A stretch of DNA of 63,474 nt from Congzhengia sp. GTDB taxonomy: Bacteria; Bacillota; Clostridia; UBA1381; UBA9506. The DNA is taken from assembly GCA_045534535.1 (NCBI GenBank), contig JAZSJX010000024.1, positions 1 to 63,474 on the forward strand. Direction: 5' to 3'. The notes beneath the pieces were generated by a model. That model ran no database searches. It was not told the origin of the DNA and saw only the letters and a program-made list of their open reading frames with translations. Below are positions 57,239 through 63,474 of the stretch, one piece after another. The position numbers and the translations under genes are program-made. Every line of letters begins with the position of its first letter. Position 1 is the first letter of the stretch.

Positions 57239-57267
57239 TTGACATTTCATTCGATATGTGCTATACT
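57239..57267 (+). promoter_or_regulatory. Sigma-A promoter of the DeoR gene
   Basis: TTGACA-17 bp-TATACT with TG extension, back-to-back with the kinase promoter. Confidence 0.75.
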
Positions 57268-57299
57268 ACTCATAATTTATATGTGAGGTGTATAGTAGT

Positions 57300-58067
57300 A
57301 TGGATGCTCTTACAGTTACAGAAAGACGAAACAAGATAATTGAGATGCTAAATGAAAAGGGGAAAATAAATGTAAATGATTTAAGTGCCCTTTTCTCAGT
57401 TTCCAAGGTCGTAATAAGAACAGACCTTACAGAGCTTGAACATCAAGGTATGCTCACCCGTGTACACGGCGGTGCAATAACAAGCTACAAATCTTACAAT
57501 AATATGAGCCTTGTTCAGCGTTCAAATACAAATGCCCGTGAAAAAATGGCGATTGCGAAAAAAATCGACGAGCTTATTAAAGATAACTCAACAATTATGA
57601 TGAATGCAGGTACAACACCGATATTTATTTTGAGAAAAATTGCTGACAAGAAAGTAACTATAGTTACAAATTCCATTGCTCTTGCTTTAGAAGGAGCAAA
57701 AAATCCCAATTTTAAGATTGTGCTTCTGGGCGGCGAGGTGGATAGCACATATCAGTTTACATATGGTTCTCATACATTAAAATCGTTGGGAAATTACTCT
57801 GCAGATGTTTTGATTTTAGCAGTTGACGGTATTGATTCTGAAAACGGCATATCAACATACTACCATCAGGAAGTAGAAATCTGCAGGGAAATGATAAACC
57901 GTTCAGCTCACTCCATAGTCGCAGCAGATTACAGCAAAATAGGTCGTTTGTCCTTTGCTAAGATTGATAATGTGTCGGGAATTGACACATTGGTTACAAA
58001 CAAGGATTCAGACGAAGAATCTTTATCCAAACTGAACGCAAAAGGTATTAAAATTATAAGAGCTTAA
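57300..58067 (+). CDS. DeoR/GlpR family transcriptional regulator
   Basis: ERRNKI.EML, VS...IRTDL..LE..G...RVHGGA, NAGTT, VTNS, ADYSKIG. Confidence 0.95.
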   Translation: MDALTVTERRNKIIEMLNEKGKINVNDLSALFSVSKVVIRTDLTELEHQGMLTRVHGGAITSYKSYNNMSLVQRSNTNAREKMAIAKKIDELIKDNSTIMMNAGTTPIFILRKIADKKVTIVTNSIALALEGAKNPNFKIVLLGGEVDSTYQFTYGSHTLKSLGNYSADVLILAVDGIDSENGISTYYHQEVEICREMINRSAHSIVAADYSKIGRLSFAKIDNVSGIDTLVTNKDSDEESLSKLNAKGIKIIRA

Positions 58068-58102
58068 AAAAAGTCTGTAGCAAAAATGCTACAGACTTTT
58101 TT
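58067..58102. terminator. Bidirectional terminator (CTGTAGCA family)
   Basis: AAAAAAGTCTGTAGCA-AAAA-TGCTACAGACTTTTTT. Confidence 0.85.
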
Positions 58103-58109
58103 GTTTATA

Positions 58110-59027
58110 TCATCTTATTTCATTTATGTCATAAGGCGTTGTCTGATATACGAAATAATTTAGCCAATTTGAGTAAAAAAGATTTGCACAGGAACGCCAT
58201 GTAACAACAGGCTTCTTTTTTGGGTTATCGTCCTCAAAATAATTTTTGGGAATTTCTATATCCTTTCCCGCCTCAACATCTCTTAGATACTCTTTCTTTA
58301 AGGTGTCCGCATCATACTCAGAGTGTCCCGTTACATATATCTGCCTGCCCTTATCGGTTGCGGTAACAAAAAGTCCTGCCTCCTTTGAAGTCGACAAAAT
58401 TTTAAGTTCGGGATGTTTTTTTACATCTTCAATCCTTACCTCTGTGTGTCTTGAATGAGGAACGAAAAATTCATCATCAAAGCCACGGAAGAGCATTGAA
58501 GTTTTACGGTCTACCTTGTGCTTGAACACGCCAAACATCTTTTTTGGAAGGTCATACTTTTCAATTCCATAGTGATAGTAAAGTCCTGCCTGAGCACCCC
58601 AGCAAATATGCAGTGTGCTCGTAACATTTGTTTTACTCCACTCCATTATCTCGCAAAGCTCGTCCCAGTATTCTACATCCTCAAACGGCATTTTCTCAAC
58701 AGGTGCACCTGTAATTACAAGTCCGTCAAACTTTTGATTTTTTACATCGTCAAAGGTTCTGTAAAAGTTTAAAAGATGCTCCTGGGATGTGTTTTTTGAC
58801 TTGTGCGTTTTAGTGTGCAAAAGCTCTAACTCAACCTGAAGCGGTGAGTTTCCCAAAAGTCTTACAAGCTGAGTTTCTGTTTCTATTTTTGTGGGCATCA
58901 GGTTTAAAATCGCAATCTTTAACGGACGAATATCCTGCGTTATAGCCCTTTTTTCTGTTATAACAAATATATTTTCCTTGTTTAAAATCGCAGTTGCCGG
59001 CAAATCATTAGGAATTTTAATTGGCAT
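58110..59027 (-). CDS. metA: Homoserine O-acyltransferase MetA (probably acetyltransferase)
   Basis: ILNLMP.K..TE.Q, ITGAPVE (Glu at the specificity position implies acetyl-CoA), ICWGAQA, PHSR, GHSEY. Confidence 0.95.
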   Translation of the reverse strand: MPIKIPNDLPATAILNKENIFVITEKRAITQDIRPLKIAILNLMPTKIETETQLVRLLGNSPLQVELELLHTKTHKSKNTSQEHLLNFYRTFDDVKNQKFDGLVITGAPVEKMPFEDVEYWDELCEIMEWSKTNVTSTLHICWGAQAGLYYHYGIEKYDLPKKMFGVFKHKVDRKTSMLFRGFDDEFFVPHSRHTEVRIEDVKKHPELKILSTSKEAGLFVTATDKGRQIYVTGHSEYDADTLKKEYLRDVEAGKDIEIPKNYFEDDNPKKKPVVTWRSCANLFYSNWLNYFVYQTTPYDINEIR

Positions 59028-59048
59028 TTTGCCACCCCCTGTGCCTTA

Positions 59049-60269
59049 TTATTTTGCAGTTACCTTGTGGAACACTTTCTTGCCCTTTTTAATTACGACA
59101 CCATCTATCAGAGCTTCCTTTTTAACTGTGTAGGCAGGGTCTGTGATTTTCTCGCCATCAACAGATACACCACCCTGTTGAACAAGTCTTCTGCCCTCGC
59201 CCTTTGATGGAATAAGCTTTGATGCCATCATAATATCTAAAAGCGAAATTTCGTCTGAAAGCTCTGCTAAATTAAGCTCTGTTGAAGGCATTTCGCCACC
59301 CATACCGCCACCGAAAATTCCTTCCGCTGTCTGTTTTGCGCGAATTGCCTCATCTTCTCCGTGAACTAATTTGGTAACCTCAAAAGCTAAACGAACCTTA
59401 GCCTCGTTAAGCTGAGCACCCTCCCATTTTTCCATTTCGTAAATTTCTTCCATGGGAACAAATGTAATCATCTTTAAAAGCCTTACAACATCAGCATCGT
59501 CAACATTTCTCCAATACTGATAGAACTCGTAAGGAGAAACTTTTTCAGGGTCAAGCCACAAAGCACCCTTTGCGGTTTTTCCCATTTTTTTGCCGTCGCT
59601 TGTTGTTAAAAGCGTAAATGTCATACCGTAAACCTGCTTATTTTCCTTACGGCGAACTAAATCAATACCGCCTAAGATATTGCTCCACTGGTCATCTCCG
59701 CCAAGCTCTAGTTTACAGTTATAGCGTTTGTAAAGCTCTAAAAAGTCGTAGCTTTGCATCAGCATATAGTTAAATTCAATAAATGAAAGACCCTTTTCAA
59801 GCCTTGTCTGGAAGCACTTAGCACGAAGCATCTCATTTACTGAGAAGCACGCACCGATGTCCCTTAAAAATTCAATGTAGTTTAAGTTTCTCAGCCAGTC
59901 TGCGTTGTTTACCATAATCGCCTTGTCGTCTGAAAAGTCAACAATAGACGAAAGCTGTTTTTTAAAGCACTCGCAGTTGTGGTTTATGGTATCTACCGTC
60001 ATCATCTGACGCATATCAGTTCTTCCCGATGGGTCTCCTACCATACCTGTACCGCCACCTACCAATGCAATAGGCTTATGCCCTGCATTTTGCATATGAC
60101 GCATTACAACCATCTGCAGAAAATGACCTACATGAAGACTGTCAGCCGTAGGGTCAAAGCCAATATAAAAGGTTACCTTTTCCTTTCCCAAAAGCTCTCT
60201 TATTTCCTCTTCGTGAGTTGTCTGAGCAATCAGCCCACGCTCTTTTAATATATCAAAAACATTTTCCAC
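59049..60269 (-). CDS. tyrS: Tyrosine--tRNA ligase
   Basis: [33 protein letters not shown]-terminal S4 domain. Confidence 0.98.
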   Translation of the reverse strand: MENVFDILKERGLIAQTTHEEEIRELLGKEKVTFYIGFDPTADSLHVGHFLQMVVMRHMQNAGHKPIALVGGGTGMVGDPSGRTDMRQMMTVDTINHNCECFKKQLSSIVDFSDDKAIMVNNADWLRNLNYIEFLRDIGACFSVNEMLRAKCFQTRLEKGLSFIEFNYMLMQSYDFLELYKRYNCKLELGGDDQWSNILGGIDLVRRKENKQVYGMTFTLLTTSDGKKMGKTAKGALWLDPEKVSPYEFYQYWRNVDDADVVRLLKMITFVPMEEIYEMEKWEGAQLNEAKVRLAFEVTKLVHGEDEAIRAKQTAEGIFGGGMGGEMPSTELNLAELSDEISLLDIMMASKLIPSKGEGRRLVQQGGVSVDGEKITDPAYTVKKEALIDGVVIKKGKKVFHKVTAK

Positions 60270-60337
60270 TTTTTTCGCTCCTTAAATTTTCATATGTGTT
60301 TATTTTAGCATACAACTTTCTTTATTGCAACTTAAAA

Positions 60338-61612
60338 TTACTTTGTTTTTAAAAGTGCCTGCTTGATATCTTCTATTATGTCATCGCAGTTTTCAATGCC
60401 TATTGACATACGAATCATATCGGCAGGAACACCTGCTGAAACTAACTGCTCTTCTGTAAGCTGTCTGTGAGTTGTAGACGCAGGATGCAAAACAGATGTT
60501 CTTGCATCTGCAACATGGACTACCATCTGTGCAAGAGAGAGGCTTTCCATAAACTTAACTGCCGCATCCTTTCCGCCCTTAATTCCAAACGAAATTACAC
60601 CGCAGGTTCCGTTCGGCATATATTTTTTTGCCAAATCATACTGCTTATGTGATGGAAGACCGGGATAGTTTACCCAGGAAATATCCTCGCAGTTTTCTAA
60701 AAATTCTGCAACCTTCTGCGCGTTTTCGCAGTGGCGTTCCATACGAAGATGCAAGGTTTCCAATCCTAAATTTAAGATAAATGCAGCAATCGGACTCATC
60801 TGTGAGCCCAAATCACGCATAAGCTGCGCTCTTGCCTTTACAATATATGCAAGCTTTCCAAAGCTTTCGGTGTAAACTGTTCCGTGATACGATTCATCAG
60901 GTGTTGTAAGCTCAGGATAGTCGCCTTTAGTCCAGTCAAAGTTTCCGCTATCTACTATGCATCCGCCAACACAGGTTGCGTGTCCGTCCATATACTTTGT
61001 TGTAGAATGTGTAACGATGTCTGCCCCGAAATCAAACGGATGACAGTTAATAGGTGTTGCAAAGGTGTTATCAATGATTAGCGGAACATTGTGAGAATGT
61101 GCAATTTTTGCAAAACGCTCAATGTCTAACACATTTAATGCAGGGTTTGAAACTGTTTCGCCGAACACCGCACGGGTTCGACTATCAAAAAGCTTTTCAA
61201 TTTCTTCTTCGCTGTCATCAGGATTTGCAAAACGAACCTCAATACCCATTCTCTTCATTGTAACAGCAAAAAGATTAACTGTTCCGCCATAGATTTCAGA
61301 TGTACTTATAAAATTATCACCGCTTTTTGCAATATTTAAAATAGCAAAAAGGTTAGCCGCCTGACCGGATGATAAACACAAAGCTCCCACGCCGTTTTCT
61401 AATGCACAAATTTTGTTTTCAACATGTTCAATTGTAGGGTTTGAAAGTCTTGTGTACATATGTCCCGGAACCTTTAAGTCAAAAAGGTCTCCTAGGTACT
61501 GTGCTGAATCGTATTTATATGTCGTACTCTGATAAATAGGAAGAACTCTTGGCTCACCGTTTTTTGGCTTGTAGCCCTCCTGCACACATTTTGTCTCAAT
61601 TTTGTAACTCAC
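60338..61612 (-). CDS. metY: O-acetylhomoserine aminocarboxypropyltransferase (sulfhydrylase)
   Basis: PIYQSTT, YTRLSNPT, SGQAA, DNTFATP, HSTTKYMDGH, LETLHLRM, HPASTTH. Confidence 0.92.
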   Translation of the reverse strand: MSYKIETKCVQEGYKPKNGEPRVLPIYQSTTYKYDSAQYLGDLFDLKVPGHMYTRLSNPTIEHVENKICALENGVGALCLSSGQAANLFAILNIAKSGDNFISTSEIYGGTVNLFAVTMKRMGIEVRFANPDDSEEEIEKLFDSRTRAVFGETVSNPALNVLDIERFAKIAHSHNVPLIIDNTFATPINCHPFDFGADIVTHSTTKYMDGHATCVGGCIVDSGNFDWTKGDYPELTTPDESYHGTVYTESFGKLAYIVKARAQLMRDLGSQMSPIAAFILNLGLETLHLRMERHCENAQKVAEFLENCEDISWVNYPGLPSHKQYDLAKKYMPNGTCGVISFGIKGGKDAAVKFMESLSLAQMVVHVADARTSVLHPASTTHRQLTEEQLVSAGVPADMIRMSIGIENCDDIIEDIKQALLKTK

Positions 61613-63474
61613 TTAAACCGCCTCCGTATTTTCTAATTTAATGATATGTAAATTTTTATTATCAACTATTTTTGCATTTTCTTCGTGGCAGGTAAATGCT
61701 ATAACCTGAGAAAATTTTTCATTTGATTTTAAAAAGTCCACTATTACTTTCAAGCGTTTGTCGTCTAACTGAATAAAAGCATCGTCTAAAATAACAGGCG
61801 GAATTTTGCCCTCGCAAATCAGCGAAAGTGATGCAAGCCTTAACGAAATGTATAAAAGGTCATACGCCCCGTTACTTAAATACATAGGCTTTGTAATTTC
61901 ATTAAACTCATTTTTATAGTTTAAATCAAAATTCTCTCCTACCTTAACGCTATCATACTTTCCGCAAGTTAGTATCTCAAAAATTTCTGCCACTTTTTTG
62001 TTTAGCGCAGGCGCATAATTTAGCTTAATTTCAAGATGTGCTTTTTCAATCCACTCATAAGCCTTTTTATATGAGCTTAGTTTTTTAGAAAGCGCAGATA
62101 TTTGAGCGTTTATTCCTTCTATATCGCTTTTTATGTCAGAAACGCTTCGCATCATTGCATTCTGTCCTGCCAATTTTTCGGACAACTCCAAAATCCCTCT
62201 GCTTACTGTTTTAAGCCTGCTGCCTACCACATCTAACTGAAGCAAAATATCTTTACTGCTTTCTGTACCCCCGTTTACATAGTTTTCAGAAAGGCTGACC
62301 TCTTCAGGCATTTTAAACTCAGCTATACTCTTTTCTAAAGCCTCAATTTCTCTGCCTGAGTTATCCATTTGAAGTTTTATACTTTCAATTAAGGACAATG
62401 TGTTTTCTTGTGCCCTTGCCTCATTATACAGTTCTTCTAAGCTATTAACACTATATTTTTCCAATAAGCTTTTCTTTTTTTCGATTTCTGCCTGGATGTC
62501 CCTGTCGACTTTTTCCTGGGCGTTATCATCAGGCGTACTTTTTCTTCCCAGCAAGAAAACCGCTATACCTAAAATCAAGCCTGATACTGCCATTAAAGGA
62601 ACTTTTTTTATAACAATACCAACAGCTGTTAAAATCACAAAAACTAAAACACCAACAAGCAACAACATCTTTTTTCTTTTCTTGTTTTTCGTTGCGATTT
62701 CTTCTTGTCTCTTTTCCTGTTCTTCCTTTTTGTTTTCTAAAATAATCAGTTGTCTTTCACATTCTTTTGCTATATCTATATCTTCATCTGAAATTTTAGC
62801 TAAAGCCTTACTCTTTTTGTCAGCAAGTTTTAAGGACAAAGCCTCTTTTCTTTCTTTTTCGCTTTCAAGCCTTTTTTCCAAAACGGCTTTAGCATCTTTT
62901 GCACTTATGTATGCCTCATATTTTTCACGCTCTGTGGCAATTAGTTGTTTCCTTTTTAGCTCTGCTTGTTTTTTGCTTAGCTCAAGCTCTTCGTTTTTAA
63001 ATTCTTCTAAAGTCTTAGCGTCTTCTCTTACAGTTTCTCTTAAAAGATTTGCACGGGCAAGCTCGCTTTCTAAAGACACTAATTCATCTTTAAGTAAGGT
63101 AAGCTTACCCCCTCGACCCGTTTTCGTTATAATTCCGTAGATTTCTTTTTCCAGGGCGTTTTTAATGTTATCATAAGAAACATCTTCATCGCCTGTTGTT
63201 TCCATATTTGAAAGTTTAGATAAAATTTCCTCGCTTCCCGACTCTGAAAGTCCTAAGCTTTTTATGTAAAAAGACCTTAAAAAGCCCTCACGGCTAAGAC
63301 CAAAAAAACGCTCGCCTGCATTTTCTCCGTTTCCGCATTCGCTCCAGGTATCTGCATCTAAAAGCTTTGCACGATCGCCACGCATTGTAGTGCCAAAGCT
63401 TTTTTCTAAGATGTAGTGTTTGCCCTTGTCATCGGTAAAAAACACACGCCCGCCAAAGCTTTCGCTTTTCCACG
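61613..63474 (-). CDS. SMC/SbcC-like AAA ATPase, YhaN-type (5' end beyond window)
   Basis: Long coiled coil interrupted by two TM helices; C-terminal LSNGA signature, ILDDAF Walker B, FTCH; frame stays open to the window end. Confidence 0.8.
   Translation of the reverse strand, partial: WKSESFGGRVFFTDDKGKHYILEKSFGTTMRGDRAKLLDADTWSECGNGENAGERFFGLSREGFLRSFYIKSLGLSESGSEEILSKLSNMETTGDEDVSYDNIKNALEKEIYGIITKTGRGGKLTLLKDELVSLESELARANLLRETVREDAKTLEEFKNEELELSKKQAELKRKQLIATEREKYEAYISAKDAKAVLEKRLESEKERKEALSLKLADKKSKALAKISDEDIDIAKECERQLIILENKKEEQEKRQEEIATKNKKRKKMLLLVGVLVFVILTAVGIVIKKVPLMAVSGLILGIAVFLLGRKSTPDDNAQEKVDRDIQAEIEKKKSLLEKYSVNSLEELYNEARAQENTLSLIESIKLQMDNSGREIEALEKSIAEFKMPEEVSLSENYVNGGTESSKDILLQLDVVGSRLKTVSRGILELSEKLAGQNAMMRSVSDIKSDIEGINAQISALSKKLSSYKKAYEWIEKAHLEIKLNYAPALNKKVAEIFEILTCGKYDSVKVGENFDLNYKNEFNEITKPMYLSNGAYDLLYISLRLASLSLICEGKIPPVILDDAFIQLDDKRLKVIVDFLKSNEKFSQVIAFTCHEENAKIVDNKNLHIIKLENTEAV

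Noticed and set aside
39754-58102. CTGTAGCA hairpins as a CRISPR array
   Set aside because: Copies are kilobases apart at gene ends, with no regular spacers and no cas genes.
62400-63140. 246-aa Ser/Phe/Leu-rich plus-strand ORF
   Set aside because: Antisense shadow of the Lys/Glu-rich coiled coil.
61613-63474. SMC-like ATPase as an anti-phage system (Wadjet/Lamassu)
   Set aside because: The architecture with internal TM helices fits the YhaN type; no defence partners are visible and the upstream gene lies outside the window.

Overview
AT-rich chromosomal segment from a Clostridia-class (Bacillota) anaerobe, probably a spore former (sigH, ytfI/ytfJ); the taxonomy is inferred from gene content and order. 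Most of the window is minus-strand housekeeping. A long translation/RNA operon runs rimP-nusA-ylxR-ylxQ-infB-rbfA-nrnA-rnhA-tatD-radical SAM-trpS-rqcP-TPR-mutS2. Other core blocks are sigH, rluD-lspA-ileS-divIVA-ylmH-sepF-yggS, tRNA-Leu(TAG), rqcH-rseC-whiA-polA-apbE-slt-coaE-topoisomerase IIA A subunit-tcdA, cdaA-cdaR, a Rex-box-preceded multimeric [FeFe] hydrogenase, scpAB and metA/tyrS/metY. There are three accessory parts: a CitMHS transporter with a structured 5' leader beside the tRNA, a decaying esterase/deacetylase islet next to a preQ1-riboswitch queT gene, and a ~9 kb uncharacterised carbohydrate-catabolic locus. That locus encodes a class III aminotransferase, a Gfo/Idh/MocA oxidoreductase, a ceramidase-like hydrolase, AraC, a FucI/AraA-like isomerase, an FGGY kinase and DeoR. 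Its promoters share a candidate operator motif, and it is the best candidate for an undescribed system (amino-sugar or aminopolyol catabolism). Also seen: a candidate anti-Shine-Dalgarno sRNA and a dispersed family of near-identical terminator hairpins. No CRISPR array, transposase, integrase or rRNA was found. All product calls come from motif recognition by eye; no database searches were run. Several CDS starts were moved from the ORF track to RBS-supported codons.
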